A DNA stretch of 64,000 nt from Puccinia triticina (Eukaryota). A model generated the notes under the pieces. The model was not told where the DNA came from, made no database searches, and saw only the letters and a program-made list of their open reading frames with translations. The DNA is taken from contig CP110439.1 of NCBI GenBank assembly GCA_026914245.1, forward strand, positions 5,642,001 to 5,706,000, given 5' to 3'. Shown piece by piece: positions 37,878 through 50,100 of this stretch. Made by a program: the position numbers and the translations under genes. How positions within the stretch are numbered: position 1 is the first letter of the stretch; every line of letters starts with the position of its first letter.

Positions 37878-38814
37878 TGTGAGCCTGAGTCTCTTATGTG
37901 ACAACAGGACACAAGAAAATGGGTGGGCACTATTTGGATTTATTGGGATAAAGAAATTACAAATAGTAGAGAAAAAAGAGAAAGAGAGAGAGAAACTGAG
38001 CATATTCAAGGTTATTCTGGTGGGTACCAACTTCCACTGGCAATGCTACCTCCTTAAGGGAGTGCTGCCAAGCTGTGCTAGAGAGTTCAACAGCCTCCTC
38101 TCACCAAAGAAACGCGGAGGGCTCCTGGATTAGACAAGTTTAATCCAGCCACAATTTTTTTAGCTTCCTTCTGGATAGTCAAGGTTCTTTAAAGGGAAAC
38201 CTATGTGGTTTGTTTCTTACAAAAACCACAGAAAAAGAAGGATATGATGCAGCAGAATCCTTTGGTTGATGAAGTCAAGATAGGTACAGACCTGTGATCA
38301 AAGATTGGGAAGAAGCAAGCAAAAGAGAGAGCAATCAAAGAGACAAAGAGTTGCACCTCTGAGATAATCAAGGTTCAGTGAAAGAGTGATACTTACTGTC
38401 AATATCCTAGGCACCTGTGAAGGTAGGTGTACTGGGAGCGGGGTATCCTCTTTGGTGGTGATCCTGGATTATCTGCGGGTGTGGTTCTGGGTGTCTGAAG
38501 TCTGTAGATCCTCCTCAGGCAAGGGGGATCCTGACTTCAAAAATTTTCACAGTTTGATTATGTAATTACATATGTACATTTCGTTTGGCACGCCTGGCAG
38601 CGCTTACACGCCACAACTGCGCATGCGCGCCACAACTCAAGAACTCAGGGAAGGAGTAGAGTTACAAAGAATTGGTAGGTTGTAACTGGGGTTAAAATTG
38701 CATGAGGAAACAGAACATGAAGTCAAAACAAGGTTATCTCTTAAGATGAAAAAGAGTTGACTCCAAAACAAGGTTATCTCTTAAGATGAAAAAGAGTTGA
38801 CTCTAAGGCTGACA
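37878..38814 (-). mobile_element. Solo LTR (937 bp)
   Basis: TG...CA ends flanked by TSD ACCAT (37873-37877, 38815-38819). The minus-strand start TGTCAGCCTTAGAG matches the LTR-like sequence at 57840. It has an internal 40-bp tandem duplication at ~38724-38803. Confidence 0.75.
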
Positions 38815-39479
38815 ACCATTGGCCAATGTTGTTTCCTGTTTTCATTATTCCATTATCATTGTTATTTTATTATCATCATCTGTATATAAAATCATTGCAC
38901 TAGTCTGGTAGCCTTTCTCAACAGAATCATCAAATAGAATCATATAATTTACAAATTCATTGCACATACTTAAGACATTATCAGTACGGTTAAAACAACC
39001 ACAAGCAAAATCACCAGCAGAAATGGAATCAACTACCAAGACCAAGCAATACCGACTTAACAACAAAAACTACACAACATGGGCTACCATGATGCAAGCA
39101 GAAATGTACGGGTTGGGATGCTTACCATTGGTAAAGCACAAGACGGGCAAAGGCGTTGTTGAGAAGAATATGAAGTTATATGTGCTTATCATGAAGCACA
39201 TTGACAAGGAGCATATTGCCATTCTCAATAGCAAGCTCGGGACTGACAAGGAAGGCCAAGGACTCAAGCTTTGGGAACTGTTCAAGAAGAAATACACAGG
39301 GAGTGAGGCTCACCACTAGATGCTTGCGTTAGGGGAATTCAAAGAAAATAAGGAATTTGTGCAAGAAATCCGCCACAGTATCAGCAAGATACGTACCTCC
39401 AGTTTAGAAGTCAAAGAGCAAGTCTTGGCGCTATTAATCCTCAAGAAACTACCAAAGGAATTTGAATCTTTAGTACAAA

Positions 39480-42302
39480 CTAGAGGCCAAGGCGGCTGCG
39501 CCGCTGCAGGGTCTCAAGAGAAATGGTTGTCTTGCTGCACTGGTATACAATTGGAAAAACCACCGGAAAACCAAGAATTACTTCTGGAATCTCCAAAATT
39601 GATCAAAAAAAATTCCCCATCTTGTTTGGTTTCTTATGCAAAAAGAGATACAGTTTGCGGCCATTTTCCTACTAAGCCCTTTGCACACCCCTTATATTTC
39701 ATTCTCTGGTGAAACACCATTGCAAATAGTTTATCAGCTCAAATAAAATGCAACATTGAAGAATTCCTGAAAGTTTTGGACTATGAGTCTGTGTGGGTGT
39801 GTAACAACAAATTTATATGTGTTAGCAGTCATTTTACTACTAATCCTGCAGGTTACCCCTTATATCTCATTTTAATTTCCCTGTTATAAAATAAATAAAA
39901 AATCATAAATTTTTCAATAATTTACAATACTTTAACAATGTGTTTCAGGCTGCATTTGCAAAAGTCAGCCTGTAACTGCTGTTTTCAGGGGTATTCATTT
40001 ATCCCTCAAGGCTACGTTTAGCTAACTATTGTTTTTGATATTTTATGATATGCTACAGTTATGTGTAAATTTAACAGCCCACCGTTGTAGCACATAATCA
40101 ACTCATGCCAAGGGCTGTCATGGCCTTGCTTGGCAAGATCACACACCCACTACAGAGTGTTGTTTTGAGCTCAAATCTGCTCATGATGATTCATGGGTTT
40201 GGCTCAGGAGTTAAGCAGTGCAGCTTTGAAACATGCAGGGAGAAAATTGACCAAATAGTTACCAAACTTGGCTGGAAAAATCAATTTTTTTGTAATATGG
40301 AATGAGAAAAAGGAAAAAGAGGGACCATCAAAAATTGATCAAATGGTTAATTAATCAACACTAAAGATCACAGAAAATAAAAAAGGACAAGACAAGGATA
40401 TACCCAAAGGGGAACAATCAACATTTTATTCAGAAAGATATCAATTATTTAGCTGTGATCTTTATCAAAATTGATTTCTAAAAGTGGGTAATGCATTAGA
40501 TTCATAAGATAATTTTTGAGATATGGAATCATTTTCAAATTATGATCCTCTATAGGTTGAGAATGCATAGGGACTCAGTAAGAGTGGGATATATCCACTC
40601 AATGACCGGTGTGTGCCGGTCATCGAGTGGGTTGTCTATCCACTCAATGACCGGTGTGTGCCGGTCATCGAGTGGGTTGTGTATCCACTCAATGACCGGT
40701 GTGTGCCGGTCATTGAGCAGGCTGAGAGCCACTCAATGACTGGCGTGTGCCGGTCATTGAGTGGGTTATGTATCCACTCGATGACCGGTGTGTGCCAGTC
40801 ACCGAGTGGGTTATGTATCCGCTCAATGACCGGTGTGTGCCGGTCATCAAGTGGGTTATGTATCCGCTCAATGACCGGTGTGTGCCGGTCATCAAGTGGG
40901 TTATGTATCCGCTCGATGACCGGTGTGTGCCGGTCATTGAGTGGGTTATGTATCCGCTCGATGACCGGTGTGTGCTTGTCATTGAGCGGGCTGAGACCCG
41001 CTCGATGACCGGTGTGTGCCAGTCATTGAGTGGTTTATGTATCCACTTGATGACCGGTGTGTGCCAGTCACCAAGTGGGTTATGTATCCGCTTGATGACC
41101 GGTGTGTGCCGGTCATTGAGTGGGTTATGTATCCGCTTGATGACCGGTGTGTGCCGGTCATCGAGTGGGTTATGTATCCGCTCAATGACCGGTGTGTGCC
41201 GGTCATCGAGTGGGTTATGTATCAACTCGATGACCGGTGTGTGCTTGTCATCGAGCGGGCTGAGACCCGCTTGATGACCGGTGTGTGCCAGTCATTGAGT
41301 GGGTTATGTATCCGCTTGATGACCGGTGTGTGCAGGTCATCAAGTGGGTCATGTATCAACTCGATGACCGGTGGTGCTGGTCATCGAGCGGGCTGAGACC
41401 CGCTCGATGACCGGTGTGTGCCAGTCATTGAGTGGGTTATGTATCCACTTGATGACCAGTGTGTGCGGGTGCCTGATGTGGACCTCCCATGTCGGCAGCG
41501 CCACCGCAGCGCAAGGGAATGACGCCTGCCCGACCATCACAAGGGGTTGGCCTGCAGGACGGGCAACCCAAAGGCGCCCAGCGTGGCTTACAACAACCTG
41601 ATGCGGGTCCTGACGCCACTTGGCCTTGGGCGCCCCGCCCCCTATCACCGTGACGCCAAGCTGAGCATGGCGCCGCGGCTTTCCCCAATTCTTCCGGGTG
41701 TGTAGTTTGCATCCATATGAAGTCACTGCCGCGCGGGTCAAAGATGCATCAGCGGCGTGGCGGTGGCATTGTTGCCAAGGATATGCACTTGGCATGCAGG
41801 GCCAAGTCGAGGAAGCCAATGCGAGTTTGCTGGGGGAACTGGAACGTGTATAAAAGAGGTGCCCTTGAGTTTGGATAATCCCCAGGGCATCCTCTGCCGC
41901 TGTACTTCCAGCGTGCGGTTGGTCCTCACCCCCTCCGCTGTTGCACTTGCGCAGTTTGAGGGGCTAAACTCGTTGGCCCCCCTTTGCATAATGCCTTCAA
42001 TGCGGCGCGCTGGGGGTCATCCTCTCACTGTTTTTTAACCCTGCTAGACAGGGATGGACAGTGGGTCACGGTGCATCAGCTTGCTGATGTTAGGTGGCTG
42101 GTTGCAGGTTATAGTTGTATTTTTTTTTGTTGTAAAGTTATGTTTTTTTGTTGTTTTGGCATTTGTAGAGGGAAAACCCTTTGTGTTTTTTTTCTGGAAG
42201 TTGTAGAGGGGAAACCCTTGATTTTTTTTTTAATTTTTGGATATTTGTAGGGGAAACCCTTGAATTTTTGTTTTGTGATTCAGAGGCTTTAATAAACTTG
42301 GA
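39480..42302 (-). mobile_element. Non-autonomous Helitron H3
   Basis: Reverse-complement termini: TTTAATAAACTTGGA|T ending at 42302 and A|CTAGAGGCCAAGGCGGCTGCGCCGCTGCA from 39480. Removal rejoins gag as ESLVQIIIQDSS. The 5' region is homologous to that of H4. Confidence 0.88.
40586..41460. repeat. Palindromic minisatellite, 43-45-bp unit, roughly 19 copies, related to the 34540 array
   Basis: Unit CTCGATGACCGG-TGTGTG-CCGGTCATCGAG-TGGGTTATGTATCCG; appears as 15-aa repeats in the ORF track. Confidence 0.95.
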
Positions 42303-44134
42303 TTATCATACAAGATAGTAGTAATCAGAATTTATAAAAAAATAGAAAAAGACTGCCTACAATTTAAACTGAAGAAAGCCAATAAGGTTGCAATGGTTGG
42401 CCAACAACAGCAAACACCAAAGAGAACTGGCAAGTGCTACAACTGCGCCCTGGTTGGGCATTTGGCCAAGGAATGTCACAAACCATGGACCAAATATAAA
42501 TATGCCCCCCCCCCCCCCCCCCCCCATAGCCAACATTGGAGAGACGGGCGGCATCAACATATTGTTTGTCCCAGTAAAAGAAGACAACATTGAAAAAAAG
42601 GATGAGGAAGAATTCAGTTTCTATGAACCTATGGCAACTGAAATTGAAGTTTTGGGAGATCTAGGAAACAACAGGTTTTACAGTCCAAAGTAAATCAATC
42701 AGGCTATGAGTACCCACCATGCTATGACCGGCGTGATATGTGCCAACAATGTTATGGCCCCAGGCGACAAAAGTATAATTGACTTGGGCGCATCTAACCA
42801 CATTTTCAACAATAAAGAAGACTTTATTAACTACACTGAACTTAAAGGAAAAGTAGAAATAGAGAAAGTAGGAAGGAGCATAGAAATCATTGGGAAAGGA
42901 GACGTTGTACTTACTTATGCTAACAATAATGTCACTCTCCAAAATACATTCCATGTTCCATTGTTGCCTTACTATTTAATTTCACAAACATTGTTGTGGA
43001 AGGGAGGTGCACAAATCATTAAGACCAACGGAGATCAGTTTGAGGTCACCCTTGTAAAGCTGAAAAGTGTTCCTGAGAAGATTTTGCTGAGTGCGGAAAG
43101 GGATGAATGAGGTTAACTCTGCCTTTCCTGGGTCACTAGACACTAAAACAAGCCCCCCAATCTACGGTTGGAAGGTTTATGTAGTGATAGTGGAGGTGTA
43201 TCAAAAGATAGCCTACTTTGAGCAGGTGGCTTAAGGGTTATGATGATGTAGCTGATGTGTAAGTGTTGTAATGAGGTTGTAATTTGTATGTAAGGGTGTA
43301 AAACCACAATATAGAGTGGGGCTAATACTGTAGAGTGAGCAAGTACTGTACTGTTATGGGGTAAGCTGAGTGCAAGTAGTTTTCTGAGAGAAATTACAAC
43401 TGGGGGGAGGAGAGCCTCCTGAAATAGAAAAGAGTGAGACATTTTAGCTCCAGGGGGAAAATAGAATGAGGGGTTTTAGCTGCCCTGAAGGCTACAATGA
43501 GGTATTTTGGCTGGTGGTTGAAAGGTCACATGAGATCATGATGTCATATGAGGAAAGTTAGCTAGTGAGAGATAGGAGGTGAGTGTCAGCTGGCTACTAT
43601 GTCAGAGCCACCGTGACATAATATCAAAAGCAAACGTTAAATATTGTTACATAAGAAAGAGACATTATTACTGCTATTATTTATAATTAAACATATAAAA
43701 CCTGGAATGTTATTCCATATTCTGAATCTAAGCCTAATTTAACCTAGGGTACCTCACTTCAAGGTACATGGCGGGAGTACTTCCTGCCGCGACCTTGGGT
43801 GGATCCAACGGGTCGCGCATGATCCGTGAAACAAACAAGGGATCCACCGTGGATCCGACGGTCGCGCTTGATCTGTGGAACGGACATGGGATCCACCGTT
43901 TCCCACATGATTGTGCGCACGCTGTTGGAGATGGACAGGGGCCTCGATTCCTCGTCACTCCAATGAGAAAAAATCAGAGGACTTCACGCAAGTAGATTGA
44001 ATCTTGGCGGAGTCCACGGCAGCACTTTTTTGTGCTTGTTGAATCCACACTCACAGTATTTTTTGAACTTGTGAAGTCCCACTTCTGCGGGGGGGCGGGC
44101 AGCCCTGGTCGCGGAGCTACCCCTTCAAAGGACA

Positions 44135-45500
44135 AGCTTAACAAAGCCTCTCTGGAGGAGGGCACCGCAGGCTCTCTGTCTGACAGAGAGGCTTGCCCCC
44201 CGAACTTAGTCAGTCCTCCCTTGCAAGCCTCCAAAGGACGGACTTGGGAGTAAGCAGGGAAATTTGGCGTGAGCGCTGAGGACCGCCTCAACCCATTTGG
44301 CTGGTGTCAAACTTTGACACCACACTAAAATTGCCTCTTGCAGGCCAATCAGGCCGCCATGGTGCCAGATTGAAGCCCTGCATCTGGCCTTCCAACCTAC
44401 ATAGGCCACATATTGTTATCTTGAACGGTCTTGAAGTTTGGCTGGTGTCAAACTTCAACACCACACCACCATAGCATCCCGTGAGCCAAATGGGCCGCCC
44501 AGGTGTCAAATTAAAGCCCTGCATCTGGCCTTCAAACCTACATAGGCCACATATTTTTATCCTGAACGGTCTTGAAGTTACAAAGCTTTTAAAATCATGC
44601 TTCCAAGATTCTGGCAATGATTGTACACTTCTGCATCATTAGTAAGTGCATGGAAGCAGTATTTTCTGCAAATGAAAATGCATATTTTTGAACAGGTTAA
44701 ATTCTCAATTCATGATTAATGCATAATATTTATATTGGTATGCTTGATGTACAGAAGTTGGAAAAAAACCTTGATTTGTTGGAGCGAGTTCAGCAGTTAT
44801 TTTGCAAGGATGTCCATCGGACAGCTGGGGGGATAAAAAGCTTATTAGTGGATGGCTGCCTGTGCAATAAGCTAGCCTACAAGGCCACGCCACTCATGTC
44901 TCTATTGGGCAAAAAATGGGTGTGAGATTGTGGATAAAAGGAAAAATGGGGGTTGGTTGGGCCCCAGGCTTGTCAGCTCTCACGCCAATATTGGTGGCTT
45001 GGGGGCAAGCCTCTCTGTGAGACAGAGACCCTGCGGGGCTCTCCTCCAGAGAGGCTTGGTTAAGCTTGCTTGCCCCCAAGCGTCAAGCTTTGGCGTGATT
45101 GTAGAGCTTCTGGTCATGCTTTCAAAAACCATGCCAAGCTTGTCCCAGCAAGCAGAGCGTGTTTTTTTCAACTCCTGTACACATTTTATGTGTGGCCTGC
45201 ATACCAAATGTAGTTCATTGTTCAATTCAAACAATAAACATACTTCATGTACATATTAGAAATAATGGAAACTTTCATGTACTCATCCAATAGTATTGTG
45301 TAAGATCAATCCTGGAATCATGATTCCACAACTTTACATCCTTGTAGCTTCAAGGCCATTCAAGGCATTAACATGTGGCCTATTTAGTCTTGAAGGCCAG
45401 ATGCAGACCTTCAATTTGGCACCTGGGCGGCCCATTTGGCCGCCAGGATGCTATAGAAAAGTGGTGCCAAACTTTCACACCAGCCAAATGGGTGAAAGCT
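44135..45500. repeat. Degenerate inverted/tandem repeat complex, probable DNA-transposon remnant
   Basis: 44135-44200 is inverted at 45001-45066. A ~140-bp unit is tandem at ~44295-44580 and inverted at ~45345-45495. Confidence 0.55.
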
Positions 45501-46160
45501 GTACTCAGGACTCACTCCCTTGGCCTCAAGTGGGGCCCAGCCCAGTCGATATTGAGAGGTGTAGTGAAGGCCAATGAGCTTTCTGAACAAAATTTCTAGT
45601 TGTTTTTTATTTATTTCCACACCAAAAAATACTTAGGTTCCAGTTTTTTCCCAGCGTGATTTTACTTCTCTCCCTCACTTAACCTTTTCAATGAAAAGTG
45701 AATTTGTAATGAATCAGATTCCCAGTCACATTAAACCTTTTGTGACTGTGATTTATGATGGATGAGGGTGGTTATTCATTGACTGGAAAGAATGGTGGGC
45801 CAGCTATGCTAACTGTACCGTTAGTGTGGCGTACCATAGCAAATTTCTGCTACCACTTTACTGTTAGTGTGGTGTACCATAGCAAGTTTCTGCTACCGCT
45901 AACACTTCCAGCACAGTTTGTGAGGACTTACTGGATCCTGGTGCGGCAACTGGAATGGATCCCTTCTGGTTGACAGTGCACTCTTTTTGAAGATATCTAA
46001 TATTGCATTCAGTCAGTGATAAAATTTAATAGATGTATGAAATTTTGTTTATTCAGACCAAAAATTATGTCACATTCAGTGTGATGATTTCATGCATGTT
46101 TCACAATCATTTTTTTTTTCAAACATCCACTTTGTACTTTCAAACATTCATACTCTTTCT

Positions 46161-47150
46161 TCAAACAATCAAACTGATTGTTGAATTTTTTTTATCTTTT
46201 TTGCTTAGTTCATACAGATCAAATAAGGGTTGATACTTGACCCGCCAGGCTAAATTTTCTTCTGAAAATGACTTGTTGGGAATTCCAACTGGTTTTGGAG
46301 CTGGGAAAAGATTCATATCAGTGAATGTCAGAGAAACAAAATGACTCTTTGATGCAATGAATGCAAACGTAATTGGGTGATTGTCATTTGGGCCAACAAA
46401 GTCTGGGAAGAATGAGTTGCATTCAATTTTGGAATAGAAGAATACTTGTCTCTGAAAGGCATTTGCTATGGGTCTTCCCATTCCAGGCATGCCCATCCAA
46501 TATTCCTTACCACATGGCTCAGGGGATGGGACATTTAGCACCTTCATATGCTCTTCAACAGTATAGAAAGGTGTTGCTTTTCTGTAGAAAGCTTTCCTAC
46601 TTCCCAATTCATGAGCTATCTCTGAATGTATATTCATGTAATCTCCTTCTCCTCTTTCCAGACAGAATGCAAGTGCCCTGAATCCGCAGTGACCATCTCC
46701 GTGCACATCAAAAACTTCCTCCACCCATGTTTGGATATGGGTTGGTAATTCCCACATGTACTCATGTTTCCTTGCAGGTGGGTAAGGTGGAGGACCAAAG
46801 ATCTTGGTCTCTATCAGATTTCTGGAATTTTTCTTATCTTCTGCTTCTTGTTTTATAACTTGACCCAATAAATTGTTGGGTGTTGATAAAACAGATATTC
46901 TTGGGTCAACGTAGCTAGAAATTGGACCAGGTAAAGAATTGTACAATGATTGAGAAGTGTTTGATGTGGGATTTGCAACAGATACTGTCTCAGAGATGCT
47001 TTTTATTCTCTTAGCGGGGCCTGATGGGCTGTACTGAAGTGTTGGAGTATTTGATATGAACACGCTGTGTAGAATGGGTTGACTCTGAGTATCAGACATT
47101 CCCATGCTCAGTCTTCTTTGAGAAGTAGTTGTTCTGAGATCTTGGTACAA
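46161..47150 (-). CDS. OTU-like cysteine protease domain at the 3' end of the transposase locus
   Basis: VFDVHGDGHCGFRALA (D-G-x-C catalytic motif), YWMGMP..PIANAFQR, and distal HFV His motif. The open frame has no proper ATG-started first exon. Confidence 0.7.
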   Translation of the reverse strand: MYQDLRTTTSQRRLSMGMSDTQSQPILHSVFISNTPTLQYSPSGPAKRIKSISETVSVANPTSNTSQSLYNSLPGPISSYVDPRISVLSTPNNLLGQVIKQEAEDKKNSRNLIETKIFGPPPYPPARKHEYMWELPTHIQTWVEEVFDVHGDGHCGFRALAFCLERGEGDYMNIHSEIAHELGSRKAFYRKATPFYTVEEHMKVLNVPSPEPCGKEYWMGMPGMGRPIANAFQRQVFFYSKIECNSFFPDFVGPNDNHPITFAFIASKSHFVSLTFTDMNLFPAPKPVGIPNKSFSEENLAWRVKYQPLFDLYELSKKDKKNSTISLIV

Positions 47151-47186
47151 CCGTGAATTTTTAGAATATGATGCAGAGGGGATATG

Positions 47187-50100
47187 CTATGTATAACTGT
47201 CTGAATATGATCCATGCCGTATATGTTGCGCATGAGAGTTGGGAGACCTTGATCCATTGAAACTGGGATCATATGGCATGTTTTCACTCATTCCTCTTTG
47301 GGAAGTAGTTCTGCCAGTGTCTTGATACAGTGGTGATTTGTGAGAATAGGTCTCCAGTGGGATATGCACACAACTACCCAGATAATTTGATTGATTCCAA
47401 CTTGGCCCTGTTGTGGAGGGGCTAGCTTGAGAACCTGTAAATGCTGTATTCATTATTATCTGGGTATTAGTAGGATTTGGTGTAAATTGATTTGGTTGAG
47501 TAGCTGGTACTGAATATGTGGTGATGTTCTGCAGGTGATGGAGCTGCCGAGTTTGGGGGTCAACTTCTTTTTGGCAGTTATCTTGGGTTTTGGATCTGCC
47601 TGAGTCTTTTTGAGCCATGTTTCCATTCCTTTTCTGGTGGCTTCTTCCCAATCTTTTGTTGTGACACTGGGGAATGTCAGCCTGGATTTTGTCCTGTGTG
47701 GGATCATGGATCGTAATGCACAGGCATTGAGTATATACCCATACTTTTTGCTGTGATAATGCTTGACAAAATATTTGGAGGTTTGACCCTCCTGTCTAAC
47801 TCCTCTGGTTGATTCCTTGAGGGATACTTGACACTTGTCATCATAGCAATTACGTTGGAAGTTTAGACAAAATATCACATCCTATGTGTTCTAGATATGC
47901 TTGGTCAGCTGTGAATCTGTGCTAATTTTATGTGTGCCCTATATCTCAATGACTTATATTGGCTGACTCACTTCAGCCCTGGCATAGAAAAGTTTATGCG
48001 TGTCATGGTATTCCCACATTTGATAAAATGAGTTCACTTCAACAGACTTGTATGATTTGAATTCTAGCATGAATGAACATGACAAATGTGATGGTTTCCA
48101 AATTGACTCCACTGATCCAATAATGGGGTGTGTTTTGGGCCTAGATATCTACATGTGGAATTGGTTTGATAAATCCATTTTGGGCACCTACACAATATAT
48201 ATTATAAACTCACCATTACAAATATTCCTTTCCAGACTATATCATGTTCATCAGTTTTAATGCCTGAAACCAACGTCCAATGTTGAGCAGGAAATTGTTG
48301 AGAAAGGAAAAGAGGAGGAGCAACATCTCCTTTGACTGAATCATGGCCATCATACAAGACAGGATATCTTATGGGTTCAGAAAGGTCAATTCCCATGAGA
48401 TTCTGTACCTCTTTCTTAGTTTTGAATAAATCTGTGATATGTTTTGAGGGTTGGAAATAATATTTCATTGTATGATTAAATATTATCACTCCTGAAAAAA
48501 TGAGTCTCATGGCTTGGTAATCAGAGAACGTTGTGGCAATTTCCCTCCCTGGAGCTTGTCAATTTGAGTGAATTGATGCATTTCTCATAATTCCATTGTA
48601 AGCCTCAAACTTTTCAGAAGAAAACAAGCAGGGTGGACCAAACCGCCTGACTGATTCTGGAAGATGGATGAGCATATGGAACTTTGGCTTATTGACCCAT
48701 TGTGCAGTCATACTCAGCACATGATAAAGGAATAGATCAATGTGATGTTTGAGATCTTCAATGTATCTATCCAGGTTTTCAACTCTTGTTTGGTAAACAA
48801 AAGTACACAGGTAACACAGTGACATCCATAGATCCCTTTGTTATCTGTTCATCAATGGAAAGAAGACAAAGGGGGCAGCTTGAATTACTATCTTCATGTG
48901 TTTTCCTATAAAGCTTTTGTAGTGGTTAACCATGAAAACTGCTCTCAAAGAAGAAATATTGAGTGAATCTTTGTTGAATGCCTGCCAATTTGCCTCTACT
49001 GTTCTTTTATCTCCCTCAGTGAGGCCTTCCATGAAGTCGCGCAGAAGGTATTGGATCAACCCAAGCTGCAAGACGTGTAATATTTCAACTGGGGTATCTT
49101 TACCCCCATCAAAACCTATTAAAAAAGTGGAAGGGCTCAGCTTCAGAAATACAATTAATTTCATGACTTGGTCTCACCTTTCAAGGTGTAGAAACGGTTG
49201 AACAACTGCTCTGAACCAGCATTTTCCAAGGCATCTATTGATTCCTTCTGCCCTGGCTTGTTACGCTGATGGTACTGCTCAACAAATTCCACATTGATGT
49301 TGTCCTTAAGCCCATTCTCCTTGGTTTTGTCATCATACTTGGTCTTGGCTTCATTCTTAGATTCATCCCAAAACTTCTTCATGTTGGATATGGTATCTTC
49401 CCACTTTCTTGGAGGGGGAGGCTTGAAGGGTATTAACTTGTCAGATCTTTTCAGAATAACAAAACTAGTCAATTTACTTACCACAATTCCCCCTGTGGTC
49501 AAACGTAAAAAATCCTTCACATAACCCACCAATGATTTATCCTCCTTCTTTGCCACTGAGAGTTGACACATGCGGCATGGGCTGTTGGCATTAGCAGGCA
49601 TGGGAGTGCTGGTCATCTCAGCATGCATGGGCGAGTCTCCCAGGGCTACTAATACTATACTCATAATGAGGACCTTCTGATTAATTTCACTGTCATAAGC
49701 AAAATGTCCATTGTTGCTTATTTCACTATTTCAAGTGATAAAAGGGGCAGGCTAAATCCACACCAAAAAATTACTACATCTACTCCAAAAATGGAGTGAA
49801 CAGTAGTCCACTCCAACTTTCATTGGAGTGAACCATAGTCTACTCCAAATTTTGTTGGAGTGAACAACATTACACTCCAAAAAATCCTGTTTTTTGGAGT
49901 GTACCCATGATGCACTCCAAAAATTTTTGAGTAAACCCAATTCCACTCCAAAAATATTTTCTCCAAGGTAAAATGATTCATTTTTTTGGAGTGCACAGAT
50001 TTTCACTCCAAATTTATTGGAGTGGTTTCAAACAGTATTGCAGTAAAATAAGTCAGGCATCTTAAAGAGGAATGAAACCTTATGTCAGCATCATAAGTGT

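Larger units (their letters stand above)
38988..43052 (+). mobile_element. Decayed Ty1/Copia gag-protease fragment, split by Helitron H3
   Basis: RLNNKNYTTW and LLILKKLPKEFESL (gag), zinc knuckle CYNCALVGHLAKEC, protease IIDLGASNHIF, and GKGDVVL..LQNTFHVP..LIS. Contains stops and frameshifts. Confidence 0.85.

Noticed and set aside
34540..41460. CRISPR-array interpretation of the two palindromic arrays
   Set aside because: The intervening loops are short (5-15 nt) and nearly constant rather than unique spacers; there are no cas genes; the context is eukaryotic TE.
40542..41601. ORFs with MTGVCRSSSGLC / DDRCVPVIEW repeats
   Set aside because: They are translations of the 45-bp minisatellite in several frames, not genes.
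43053..43618. Possible solo LTR (TGTAAAG...GACA) truncating the first Copia
   Set aside because: No matching TSD or second copy was found by eye, so the boundaries are unsupported.
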